A DNA stretch of 64,000 nucleotides from an uncultured Nitrososphaerota archaeon (GCA_964594835.1 CAZQNA010000002.1:1-64000), one strand, 5' to 3'. Positions 46,775 to 56,208 are shown, counted from the first letter of the stretch. Made by a program: numbers and translations. The notes: a model not told the origin generated them from the sequence alone.

Positions 46775-47893
46775 TCACCAGGACTCCAGCTTCACCTCCC
46801 AGCCGACCTGGGTCGGCTCCTCACCCTCGCCCGCTCTCCCTCCGAGGCTCAGACCCGCCAGGAAGACTAGGATTCCCAGGATCAGGAGGAGGGCGGACTC
46901 CGGCCCGCCGACCCCGCCAGTCGCCCCGCCAGAGGAGGAGGTCGGCGCCCCCTCCGTCACCGGCACCTCGGCGACCTTCCTGCCCCCGGCGTAGGCCTCG
47001 GCCGTCAGGCTCGGGGATTCGCTGTGGAACCTCACGGTCGCCCACTCCCCTGACTTCAGGGAGACGCCCCGGGCCTGGTCCTCACCCGGCCCCACTATCC
47101 TGACGACCGCGTACCCGACCTCGTCCGACGCCACCCTGACCTCCACGACGCCGCCCCACCTGGTGGCCTCCAGGCTGACCGCGTACTCTGGGGGGGACAC
47201 CACGAGGCCGGGGAACTCCACCGTGAGGACGTAGGCGTCGGGGGCCGAGGGCTCGTTGTAGTTGAGCCAGAGGAGGTACCCCTCCCCCCTCTCGGTGGGC
47301 CCGGCGGCAGACCCGGGCGTCCAGTCGACCCCGACCACCTCGACCCCCTCCTCCCAAGAGATCTTCAGGACGTCAATCCAGCTCCTCGGGTCCCTGGCGG
47401 TGAACGGATCCACTATCCTCAGCTCGAACCTCCCGCCGCCGAGGTCCCTCACGTACTCTGCCGTGGAGAGGTTCACCAGGACCCTCGTGACGACGGCCCC
47501 GCGGTACTCCACCATCTCCCCCTTGTTGAGCGGATCGGCCAGGACCACGTCGTCCTCCGACACCTCGGGGGGGCCCATCAGCTCGGTCTCTATGTGCTCT
47601 GGAGACGAGGCGAACATCAGGGCCGCATACACCCTGTTGATCTCGGCCTGCTGCAGGAGGTCCAGGATTATCTGCTGGTCCCCGAAGAGGCTGGTCCCGT
47701 TGAGGGCGAAGGGGTGCTCCCTCACTATTACCACGGCCGAGCCGTCCGCCCTGAGGTGCACCTCGAAGTTGAGCCCGATCCACACAGGCTGGGCCGAGGC
47801 CGGGGCCGCTCCCGGAGCCGCCAGGGCGAGGACCGCGACTGCGGCCAGGACCGCCGCGAGGACCGCCCTATCGCTCACTCGCAAGATCACCAC
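46775..47893 (-). CDS. Secreted, membrane-anchored hypothetical protein
   Basis: Signal peptide (APASA/Q), beta-rich body, C-terminal TM; overlaps the upstream stop. Confidence 0.75.
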   Translation of the reverse strand: MVILRVSDRAVLAAVLAAVAVLALAAPGAAPASAQPVWIGLNFEVHLRADGSAVVIVREHPFALNGTSLFGDQQIILDLLQQAEINRVYAALMFASSPEHIETELMGPPEVSEDDVVLADPLNKGEMVEYRGAVVTRVLVNLSTAEYVRDLGGGRFELRIVDPFTARDPRSWIDVLKISWEEGVEVVGVDWTPGSAAGPTERGEGYLLWLNYNEPSAPDAYVLTVEFPGLVVSPPEYAVSLEATRWGGVVEVRVASDEVGYAVVRIVGPGEDQARGVSLKSGEWATVRFHSESPSLTAEAYAGGRKVAEVPVTEGAPTSSSGGATGGVGGPESALLLILGILVFLAGLSLGGRAGEGEEPTQVGWEVKLESW

Positions 47894-48933
47894 CCCTCCG
47901 AGATGGTCACCTCGAGGTAGAGCGGCTCGCTCCCGAAGCTGGTCCTGCAGAACGCTCCCAGGAAGTCAGACCCCATGAACTTCCTCGCCTCTATCCCGTA
48001 GGCGACGTGCCTCCACGAGTAGTCTCCCACCCTCGGAGCCCCGCCCTCGAGCATCTCCACGTCCACCCACCCGATGGGGTCGATGTAGGCCTGCGGCCAC
48101 ACGTGGCCGGTCCACTCCCTGTAGTCCCGCGAGGTGAAGTTGGCCCAGTAAGTTGCGGAGGGCCTGAGCCTCATCATCCCGTAGGACGTGCGGGAGGGGA
48201 CGCCGAGTATCCTGGCGAGGGTGACGAACACGTCCGCGACCTCTGTGCAGTCCCCGTAGACGTACGGCCCTGCTCTCCCAAGCTTGACGGCCCTGTCCGA
48301 CCCGAGCCTGTCGAACCTGACGTGGTAGTCCAGGTGGCCCGAGATCCACGAGGAGAGGGATCTCACGATGAGGTAGGGGTCGTCCTCCCCGCCCGCGATC
48401 TCCCCGGCCAGGTCCCTGAGGGTCTCGTTGGCGGTGTCCCAGAAGGTGGTCCTGCCCGTGTAGAGGTTGGTGACGTTCAGGGGGGGCCACCTCCTCTCTG
48501 AGGCGATCCAGTCCACCCTGTAGGGCCTCAGCCTGACCCTGACCGTGACGTTCACCCAGGACCTCTCCGAGGGGCCCAGCTCTACCTCTATCACGAGGAA
48601 GGGGTTCCCCTCGTCGTCCACCTGGATGGAGGTTCCAGGGGGAGCCTCGGACAGGTAGGCCTCCTGGTGGGAGGAGTTGATCGGGATGGCCATGTACACG
48701 TACCCCCTGACCCCCTCCTCCAGGGGGTTCTCGATCAGGGCGGCCTGCCTTATCGTGACCTCCAGGGGCTCCCTCTCGACCAACCTGTCCGCAGCGGGCT
48801 CGGGGCTGGTCGGGGGGCTCGGAGTGGTCTCTGACGGGGAGGGCCCCGGCCCCGCGGGTGGGGGGACCGCGGGGGCCGCGGCCACGGCCAGCGCCACGAG
48901 CGCCAGCCCCAACATCGCCAGCCTGACGTCCAA
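47887..48933 (-). CDS. Secreted transglutaminase-like domain protein
   Basis: GDCTEVADVFVTLARILGVPSR, GHVWPQAY, GWVDVE. Confidence 0.85.
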   Translation of the reverse strand: MDVRLAMLGLALVALAVAAAPAVPPPAGPGPSPSETTPSPPTSPEPAADRLVEREPLEVTIRQAALIENPLEEGVRGYVYMAIPINSSHQEAYLSEAPPGTSIQVDDEGNPFLVIEVELGPSERSWVNVTVRVRLRPYRVDWIASERRWPPLNVTNLYTGRTTFWDTANETLRDLAGEIAGGEDDPYLIVRSLSSWISGHLDYHVRFDRLGSDRAVKLGRAGPYVYGDCTEVADVFVTLARILGVPSRTSYGMMRLRPSATYWANFTSRDYREWTGHVWPQAYIDPIGWVDVEMLEGGAPRVGDYSWRHVAYGIEARKFMGSDFLGAFCRTSFGSEPLYLEVTISEGW

Positions 48934-49031
48934 GTCCGATCTCGACGACCCCCGACCGAGCGGGCAATAAGTTTGATCCGTCCCCGGCCGGAGGGCGCAA
49001 CCGCCTTAACTGGGCGCGGGTCGGGGGCAGG

Positions 49032-49666
49032 ATGGACCCGCTGGAGCTCGCTAGACTTGTGGGGGTGTCTGCCGTCCAGATATTCGCCATCCTGAACCCC
49101 CGAGCGTGATACCCACCATGCTGGGCCTGACGGAGGGCCTCAGCATCTCCGAGAGGAGGGAGATCGTCAAGACGGCCTCCCTCACGATACTCGTGCTGAT
49201 GTCGGCCTTCGCCCTGGTGGGGAGGGAGCTCCTGGCCTTCATAGGGCTGAGCGTTCAGGGGCTCAAGTTGGGCGGCGGCGTGCTCCTGATGGTCCTGTCG
49301 GTGGACATGCTTAAGGGGGTGCCCAGGACCAGGGAGGTGGAGAAGGAGGAGCTGGCCGCGGTGCCGCTGGCTACACCACTGCTGGTCGGGCCCGGGACCA
49401 TAACGACGGTCCTGGTCCTGGCCGCCACGCTCCCGTCCGAGGTCGGCGGCAGGCTGGAGGGGACGGCCGTGCTGCTGGTCGCTATAGCGCTGGTGGTGGG
49501 GGCGACCCACCTCCTCCTGAAGCACTCCCTCCAGCTGGTCAGGCTGCTGGGCGTGAACGGGATGAGAGCCCTCGGCAGGTTCATGGCCATCATCATAGCC
49601 GGGGTGGCGGCGGAGATGATCCACTCGGCCGCGGCCGAGTGGGCCTCGGCGCTCCTCGGCAGGTAG
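49032..49666 (+). CDS. marC: MarC family membrane protein (apparent frameshift in the C run at 49097-49101)
   Basis: MDPL...IFAILNP in one frame, then SVIP...AVPLATPLLVGPGTI...GRFMAIII in the next. Confidence 0.85.
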
Positions 49667-49674
49667 CCGGAGGC

Positions 49675-50088
49675 TCACGCCTCCTCGATCCTCACCTCCC
49701 TTATCCCGCCTTCCGAGGGCTGAAAGGCCCTCATCTCGCCCGTGGTGGAGGAGACGATCACCCAGACCACCGGGTTGACCTCCATGAAGCGGAGGTCCTC
49801 CCTCGACGGCCTCGCGGGGGCAGGGTGGGCGTGCATCACGCCGACGAGCTCCTCCCCCAGGGAGTCGGCCTCCTCCAGCTCCCTGAGCAGGAAGGCGGGA
49901 TCCACGAGGAAGCTCGTGGGCGACTCCCTCAGGTTCCTGGCCACCACCCCCCGGGTCACCCTCGCCTCCCCTTCCTCGAACCTGCCGAAGAGCAGCGCCG
50001 CCCTCTCCACGGGCGCCCTGGTGAGCTTGGAGGCGAGGGCCCTCAGCAGGCCCCTCGGGATCACTATCCTGGAGACGACCGGCGGCAT
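49675..50088 (-). CDS. JAB/MPN (M67) metalloprotease
   Basis: PVE...LFG, VGVMHAHP..ARPSREDL (JAMM HxH-x7-S-x2-D). Confidence 0.88.
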   Translation of the reverse strand: MPPVVSRIVIPRGLLRALASKLTRAPVERAALLFGRFEEGEARVTRGVVARNLRESPTSFLVDPAFLLRELEEADSLGEELVGVMHAHPAPARPSREDLRFMEVNPVVWVIVSSTTGEMRAFQPSEGGIREVRIEEA

Positions 50089-50168
50089 CCTTCTGTGGCC
50101 GACGTCGGGCGACTAACGATTAAAGCTCAGGTCGCAGGATGAGTGGAGGAGCGCGTGGTGGTAGGCTG

Positions 50169-50564
50169 ATGGGAGATCTGGCCGAGAGAGTCCGCGCCTG
50201 CCTGGAGGAGTCTGACCTGAGGTTCGTCGAGCCCCAGGAGGGCACCTTCCTCGTCATGTTCGGGCTCGAGGAGTACACCGTCAGGGTCTTTCTGGTGATA
50301 GACGAGGAGAGGAGCAGGGTCGAGATATACTCCAACACCGATCCCCCGACTCCCGTCAGGGGGTTCGAGAGGTGGCTTCTGGAGCAGAACCCGGGGCTCA
50401 GCCACGTGAAGTACGGCTGCGACCCCTCCGGAGATCTCCTCGTGTCCGGAGAGGTGTGGGCCGACTCCGTGAACCCCGACCGGCTCAGCTCCCTGATCAT
50501 ATTCTCTGCGACGCTGGCTAGGGACTTCAGGGACAGGGCGCTGTCCGGGGCCGAGTCCTCCTAG
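50169..50564 (+). CDS. YbjN-domain (T3SS chaperone-like) protein
   Basis: About 130-aa alpha/beta protein; WLLEQN..LSHVKYG.D..GD. Confidence 0.65.
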   Translation: MGDLAERVRACLEESDLRFVEPQEGTFLVMFGLEEYTVRVFLVIDEERSRVEIYSNTDPPTPVRGFERWLLEQNPGLSHVKYGCDPSGDLLVSGEVWADSVNPDRLSSLIIFSATLARDFRDRALSGAESS

Positions 50565-50610
50565 GCGGGCGTTGTCGGGCTCGTAACGGGAACCAGAGCG
50601 GGGGGCCAGC

Positions 50611-51423
50611 ATGGTCAGGGTCAGGAAGTGGGACGGCCGGCTGGAGGAGTTCGACCCCAGAAAGCTCGAGAGGACCCTCATCAGGGCCGGGGCGGACAGG
50701 GAGATGGCTCAAGAGGTTGTCAGGCGCGTGGAGGCAGAGCTTTACGACGGCATCCCGACGGGGGAGCTCCTCAGGATCGCCCTGGGGACGCTCAGGGACA
50801 TGGAGCGCCACGAGGTCGCGGCTAGGTACGACCTCAAGCGGGCGATCATGAGACTCGGACCCAGCGGGTATCCCTTCGAGAGGTTCGTGGCCAGGGTACT
50901 GGAGGCCCACGGCCACAGGGTCCTCCACGTTGGCAGGGTGTACAGGGGGACCTGCGTGGAGCAGGAGGTTGACGTGGCCGTGGAGTCCGGCGGGAGGAGG
51001 ATAATGGTAGAGTGCAAGTTCCACAACTCCCAGGGGATCTACACGGACCTGAAGCCGGCTATGTACACCCACGCCAGGTTCCTAGACCTCAGAGAGCACT
51101 TCGACGGTGCCTGGCTCGTCACGAACACCAGGGTCACGGAGGCTGCCAGGAGGTACGCCGAGTGCGTCGGCCTCAGGGTCACCTGGTGGGACGGGCCGGA
51201 GGGGGAGAGCCTGAGGGAGATGATCGACGGGGCCGGGCTGTATCCTGTGACCTCGCTCGATGGGCCCGGATGGGCCATCAGGACCCTCGTCTCGTCGGGA
51301 GTGGTCACCCTCGGAGAGCTCGCGAGCCTGGGGGAGAGGGGGGCGGAGCGCCTCGGTCTGCCGGAGGAGACGGCGCGGAGGCTGGTCTCGGTTGCGAGGC
51401 TCGTCGCGGGGGACTCGGGGTAG
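50611..51423 (+). CDS. ATP-cone plus PD-(D/E)XK (Mrr-like) nuclease fusion
   Basis: VRKWDGRLEEFDPRKL (ATP cone); LGPSGYPFERFV, EVDV...MVECKFHN, LVTNT. Confidence 0.88.
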   Translation: MVRVRKWDGRLEEFDPRKLERTLIRAGADREMAQEVVRRVEAELYDGIPTGELLRIALGTLRDMERHEVAARYDLKRAIMRLGPSGYPFERFVARVLEAHGHRVLHVGRVYRGTCVEQEVDVAVESGGRRIMVECKFHNSQGIYTDLKPAMYTHARFLDLREHFDGAWLVTNTRVTEAARRYAECVGLRVTWWDGPEGESLREMIDGAGLYPVTSLDGPGWAIRTLVSSGVVTLGELASLGERGAERLGLPEETARRLVSVARLVAGDSG

Positions 51424-51456
51424 TCCCTTTATACCACGGGCGGCGGGTCGAGGGAG

Positions 51457-52713
51457 ATGCGGAAGACCCTCGCGGCGGCGGCCGCGTTGATGGTCGCGGT
51501 GGCCATCGCCTCCCTGGCGCTGACGAGGCGCGGCGGGGTGGAGTCTGCGGGCCCCCCGCCGTTCGACATGGAGGAGATACTCAGGAACGAGACACTCCAC
51601 ATCGTGATTGGGACCAGCGAGCCGTACAGCTACCAGGACATGGCATTCGCGGTGACCGTGCTCCGCTTCGACAGCCTCTCGTACAGGGGGCGGACGTGGA
51701 CCCACCGGGCAATACTGATAGAGCCCCTCGGGACGCCCTCGGACGCCGCGGCGATCGTGGTCCTTGGCCCCGGGGAGGCCAACGACGAGTTCCTGGAGGC
51801 GTTCGGGATCAGGGCTGCAGCGGAGGCGGGGGTCCCCGTCCTCCTCCTCTACGACCTCCCGCCTGAGGTCTCCGCCGGGGAGGGGCTGTCGGCCGTCTTG
51901 GACTCGATTCGGAGCGTGAACTCAACGGCCCCCGACGAGGACTTCCTCATCCACGCGATGGCCGCCGCGATAATGAGGGCCGCGACCCTGGTAAGCGCGG
52001 TGAGCCCGTCTCACCCCGAGAGGTTCGTCGTCTCCGGAGTAGGGGTGTCCGGGTGGGCCGCAGCCGTGGCCGGGGCCGCCGACCCCAGGATAGTCGGGGT
52101 CGAGCTCAGGAGCCCGGCAGCCTGGGACCTCAGGGGCGGAGCAGGGTCCTCGCCCGACCTCCTGGAGGCCCTCTCATCGATCCCGGAGGAGGCTCAGCGC
52201 AGGATAGTGGAACGCTACGACCCGCTCTCGCTCCTCCAGGGGGAGGGCCTGCCCGTCCTCGTCTCGGTGGAGGCGGGCGCCGCCTGCGGGGCCGAGGGGA
52301 TGCTGAGGAGCGAGGCCCTCCTGGCGGTGACGATAGTGCCGGGGGAGGAGGGGGGACTGGAGAACGCGACGATGGCCCAGTCCGGCGCGGCCTGGAGGGC
52401 CTTCCTCAAGCACGTTGTCAGGGGGGCCCCTCTCCCGGAGGTCGGGGCCCCATCGGTCGAGGCGGACGGGCCCTCCTACAGGGTGACCGTGAGGGTCTCG
52501 GGGGAGGGGGCCATCGTCAGGAACGTGAACCTGTGGTACAGGTCCGCCGAGGGCGGGTGGAGGTCCCTCGGGATGGAGACCTCGGACGGCAGGAACTTCA
52601 CGTGCGAGGTGCCCGCCTCTGAGGGGTGCGTGCCGATGTACGCCACCGTCTGGTTCACCTCGGGCGGGTCCGACGGCTTCCTGAGCTCTCCACCCGTCTG
52701 CGCGGCTCCTTGA
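51457..52713 (+). CDS. PqaA-like alpha/beta-hydrolase fold protein, probably catalytically degenerate
   Basis: TWTH..ILIEP, MAAAIMRA, RFVVSGVGVSGW...DPRI; N-terminal signal/anchor. Confidence 0.65.
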   Translation: MRKTLAAAAALMVAVAIASLALTRRGGVESAGPPPFDMEEILRNETLHIVIGTSEPYSYQDMAFAVTVLRFDSLSYRGRTWTHRAILIEPLGTPSDAAAIVVLGPGEANDEFLEAFGIRAAAEAGVPVLLLYDLPPEVSAGEGLSAVLDSIRSVNSTAPDEDFLIHAMAAAIMRAATLVSAVSPSHPERFVVSGVGVSGWAAAVAGAADPRIVGVELRSPAAWDLRGGAGSSPDLLEALSSIPEEAQRRIVERYDPLSLLQGEGLPVLVSVEAGAACGAEGMLRSEALLAVTIVPGEEGGLENATMAQSGAAWRAFLKHVVRGAPLPEVGAPSVEADGPSYRVTVRVSGEGAIVRNVNLWYRSAEGGWRSLGMETSDGRNFTCEVPASEGCVPMYATVWFTSGGSDGFLSSPPVCAAP

Positions 52714-52729
52714 GGGGGGGTGGTCTGGA

Positions 52730-54421
52730 GTGCCTCCGATACTGGGTCGACGCCGGCCCTCCCGGAGGAGGGGGACCAAGGCGTGGGAGAGGTACGAGAT
52801 CATAAGGAGGGCGGCGGCCTACTTCGGCCGGGAGATCGACGAGGACAGGGCCTGGGAGTCGGCCAGGTCCATAACGGCCGAGGAGCTCAGGAACTTCCTC
52901 AGGGACCTGGGCCCCGGCCCGGACTTCAGGTTCAGCGGAAGGTTCTACACGGTCAGGGGCTCCGAGCTTGAGGAGAGGGGCTCCTGGGACGAGGTCAGGG
53001 AGGCGGTGGCCGAGACCGCCAGGGTCTGGGGGGAGTCCGCGGTCAGGGCCCTGGAGATCCTGATGGGGGCGACAGGCGGCCTCACCGAGAGGGAGTTCTC
53101 GGCCAGGCTCAAGGTCGAGGGCGTCCCCTACTCCAGGGAGTTCCTGAGGTGGCTCCTGGACGTGGGGCTGGCCGTCAAGGTTCCGGACGGGAGGATATGC
53201 GGCCTGGAAGAGGCCAGGAAGCCCGTAAAGGACGCGATCGAGGAGCTGAAGTCCGAGTACAGGCGCATGGACCCGGCCGCAAGGTCGGAGATGCCCGAGA
53301 TAATGAGGATGGAGGCGGAGTTCCAGGCCGTCCTGAGGGAGGTCCTGGAGAGGGGGATCGACGAGGTCCTGGAGTTTGGCAGGGGGTTCTCCTCCACGGC
53401 GCTGGCGGAGAGGCTGAGATCGACCTTCGGGGACCTCCTGTACTACGACGTCCTGCTGGCCATCGCCCAGCAGTACTCGATAGCCGACGCCCCGGTCGTC
53501 TCAGCCGCGACCGGCACGGTGACCATGCGGACGGGGTTCAACCTGGCCCTCTTCGGGGAGCCGGGGACGGGGAAGAGCTTCTCTATAGCGACGATGATCC
53601 TCGGAGACGAGAGGAGGGCCATACCGCCCCACGGGCTCCCGGGGAGGAACAGGTACTGCGGGGGCATGACGCCCGCCAAGTTCATCAGGCTGGGCCAGGC
53701 GTACGAGGGCCTAAAGTACAACTTCATAGTACCGGAGTTCAACGACTGGTTCCGCTACCGCGGGATGGTCGAGGCCCTGAAGCTGGCCATGGAGCACGGG
53801 ACCATAAGGTACGAGACCGCCCGCAGGACCATAGGTCCATACAGATTCACGTGCTTCCTCAGCGTGGCGTACAACACCAGGGTCGGCCTCAGGGGGTACG
53901 AGGTGACGGTCTCCGACCCCAACTTCAACGCCATCGAGGAGAGGATGCTCTGCAGGCTCCACCGCATGACCAAGGAGAGGTACGTGGAGATCGCAAAGAA
54001 GCAGATGGAGATGGCCCTCGGTAGGGTGAGGCTGGAGGGCTCCGAGACCCTGAGGGCCCACCTCACGCTGGTCCACGCGGCCGAGACGGGCCACCCGCTC
54101 GTGAGGGGGAGGCTGGCCGAGAGGCCGGTGGTGGTGGACGAGGGGGTCTACGAGGCCGTCTCGAAGGCGAGGGACGCCGTCCTCTCTGAGATACCGGGGG
54201 ACAGGCCCGGGTTCTCTCCTAGGCTCGAGATAAGGGCGATACAGCTGGCGTCGGCTCTCGCTCTGATGAGGTACTTCGCCGAAGACTCGGAGGATCCGAT
54301 AAGTGTGGACGACGGCTCCCTGAAGCTGGCGATCAGGTTCTACGTTGAGGAGGCGGCCGTCAGGTCGAGGGAGCTGTTCGACCCCTCTGAGGTGCTGGCG
54401 AAGCTGGGCGCGGGCGCCTGA
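52730..54421 (+). CDS. Divergent MCM-like AAA+ ATPase with an N-terminal wHTH-like region
   Basis: Walker A GEPGTGKS, Walker B FIVPEFND, ALKLAMEHGTI, SVAYN, AIEERM, FSPRLEIRAIQLA. Confidence 0.75.
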   Translation: MPPILGRRRPSRRRGTKAWERYEIIRRAAAYFGREIDEDRAWESARSITAEELRNFLRDLGPGPDFRFSGRFYTVRGSELEERGSWDEVREAVAETARVWGESAVRALEILMGATGGLTEREFSARLKVEGVPYSREFLRWLLDVGLAVKVPDGRICGLEEARKPVKDAIEELKSEYRRMDPAARSEMPEIMRMEAEFQAVLREVLERGIDEVLEFGRGFSSTALAERLRSTFGDLLYYDVLLAIAQQYSIADAPVVSAATGTVTMRTGFNLALFGEPGTGKSFSIATMILGDERRAIPPHGLPGRNRYCGGMTPAKFIRLGQAYEGLKYNFIVPEFNDWFRYRGMVEALKLAMEHGTIRYETARRTIGPYRFTCFLSVAYNTRVGLRGYEVTVSDPNFNAIEERMLCRLHRMTKERYVEIAKKQMEMALGRVRLEGSETLRAHLTLVHAAETGHPLVRGRLAERPVVVDEGVYEAVSKARDAVLSEIPGDRPGFSPRLEIRAIQLASALALMRYFAEDSEDPISVDDGSLKLAIRFYVEEAAVRSRELFDPSEVLAKLGAGA

Positions 54422-54430
54422 GCTGGGGGC

Positions 54431-55843
54431 TCACGACAGCTCCTGGAGAATGACCCTTACCCTGCTCAGCTTCTCTGACAGAAGCCGTACCTCGCTCTGA
54501 AGCCTCCTCCTCTCAAACCACTTCCTCAGCCCTCCGAAGATCCCGCCGCCCGACTCCTCGAGGAACCTCAGCCTCAGCTGCCTGTCCTGGAGCGCGGCCT
54601 CTATTATCAGCTCGGAGAGCCTCGCCTCCCTCCTGAAGGGCTCGATCCTCCTCTCGACCCCGCCGAGCGCCTCCTCGTACTCCTCCCTCAGGAACTCATA
54701 GACCTCCTCGCGCATCTCCCCCCTGGACTCCTCCAGGAGTTCGAGCATCCTCCTGAGCTCGTTCCTCCTTCTCACTAGCTCCGCCAGCTCATCCGACTCG
54801 AGCCTCTCGCTTGGCATCTCCCAGGCTGCCTCCAGGCCAGGCCTTCGCTTGGCGGCCTCTTCGGCCCCTCTCCGCCTCGCCCTCTTGGGCTCCCCGGTCT
54901 CAACCTCCTCCCGGGCCCGCTTCCCCTCGGGCGCCTCCGCACGCTTCCGCTCCGGCGCCTGGGCCTCCATCAGGGCCGAGACGTCGGAAGTGATGTAGGA
55001 GACCACCTCGGCCAGGCTTGGGGGAGGCCTGGGCTTGACGAGCGGGGTGGTGCCCAGGTGGGCGGTCCTAACCGGGCCCACCTTGACGAACCCCGGCCTG
55101 TCGACGAAGGGGCCCTCGACGTAGGCCTCTCCGGGGTTCAGCTGCTTTATCCTCCTCGTCACCTCCCTGTCCAGCCCGAGGAACCTGCTGATCACCCCGA
55201 CGTCCGCGTTGTACTCGACCCTCAGGACGATCTTGTTCTCCGCCTGGCTCAGGAGGGTCTTGGAGACTAGCTGGGGCCTCTGGGTCGTGAACAAGAGGCC
55301 CACACCCCTCTTTCTGCCCCTGGTGGCGAGCGCGTTGACCCAGAGCTCGGTCTGGGAGGCGTACTTGCCGAGCTGGCTCTTTGCACCCCTCTCGGGGGCG
55401 AGTTCCCTGGCCTCGTCGATCATCACCAGGAAGCCGCTCCCCCTCTGCTCCATGAGCTCCCTGATCAGGTCTGAGACGAGCCCCGCCGCGACGTCGGGCT
55501 TGGACACGTACATGGAGAGGTCGAGGACGAAGCTCACTCCCCTGACCGCCGCCTTGGCGAGCCTCTTGATCGAGCCCCCGCCCGCGAGGTCCACGTCTCC
55601 CTTGGGTGACACAACGAGCATCTCGTACTCGTCGGCCAGGCTGACGTGCTCTCCCTCGGGGTCGATTATCCCGATGGGGTAGCCGGCGTCGAGGAGCTGC
55701 TCGGCTATCCTCCTGAGCGTCCACGACTTTCCGTAGCCGGTCTTGGCTATTACGGCCGTGCGGCCCGTCATGAGCTTAGATATCTTCAGTTCGCAGGGCT
55801 CCTCTGAATCGAGGTAGGCCCCCAGCTCCACGGTGGCAGACAT
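54431..55843 (-). CDS. HerA/DUF87-like ATPase with a C-terminal coiled-coil (CdvA-like) tail
   Basis: AKTGYGKS, IIDPEGEH, MIDEA, RGRKRGVGL..TTQRP..VSK..LSQ. Confidence 0.85.
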   Translation of the reverse strand: MSATVELGAYLDSEEPCELKISKLMTGRTAVIAKTGYGKSWTLRRIAEQLLDAGYPIGIIDPEGEHVSLADEYEMLVVSPKGDVDLAGGGSIKRLAKAAVRGVSFVLDLSMYVSKPDVAAGLVSDLIRELMEQRGSGFLVMIDEARELAPERGAKSQLGKYASQTELWVNALATRGRKRGVGLLFTTQRPQLVSKTLLSQAENKIVLRVEYNADVGVISRFLGLDREVTRRIKQLNPGEAYVEGPFVDRPGFVKVGPVRTAHLGTTPLVKPRPPPSLAEVVSYITSDVSALMEAQAPERKRAEAPEGKRAREEVETGEPKRARRRGAEEAAKRRPGLEAAWEMPSERLESDELAELVRRRNELRRMLELLEESRGEMREEVYEFLREEYEEALGGVERRIEPFRREARLSELIIEAALQDRQLRLRFLEESGGGIFGGLRKWFERRRLQSEVRLLSEKLSRVRVILQELS

Positions 55844-56208
55844 CGCCCCTTGAACGTCCCGGGGGGCAGAGATTAAAGCGGCACCAGCGGCGCGCCGCCG
55901 ACGCGGGGACTTCACGCCGTCAGATGAATCAGGCGTTGGCAGGGGAGAGAGGGCCTAGCTGCGGCCCCGGGGTGCTTAAACATCCTCCGGAGCCGCTCGC
56001 CGAGCCCAACGCGCCCGACCACGAACTCTCCGCGCCCGACCATGGTCCCCATCCTGCTCATCCGCGCGTGCCTCCTTCATCCTCTCATCCACTTCACCTG
56101 AGATGCTCTGGAGGTTTGGGGCTATTTAGCGTCTCGGACATTTTGTTCTATGCGGGAGAGAGGCTCCGAGCATTTCGACCGGATGCGGCCCCTGAGCTTT
56201 CGGTCCCA

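Noticed and set aside
49675-50088. JAB gene as part of a CBASS or ubiquitin-like defence operon
   Set aside because: No cyclase, E1/E2 or ubiquitin-like gene is adjacent; stand-alone JAMM proteases are common in archaea.
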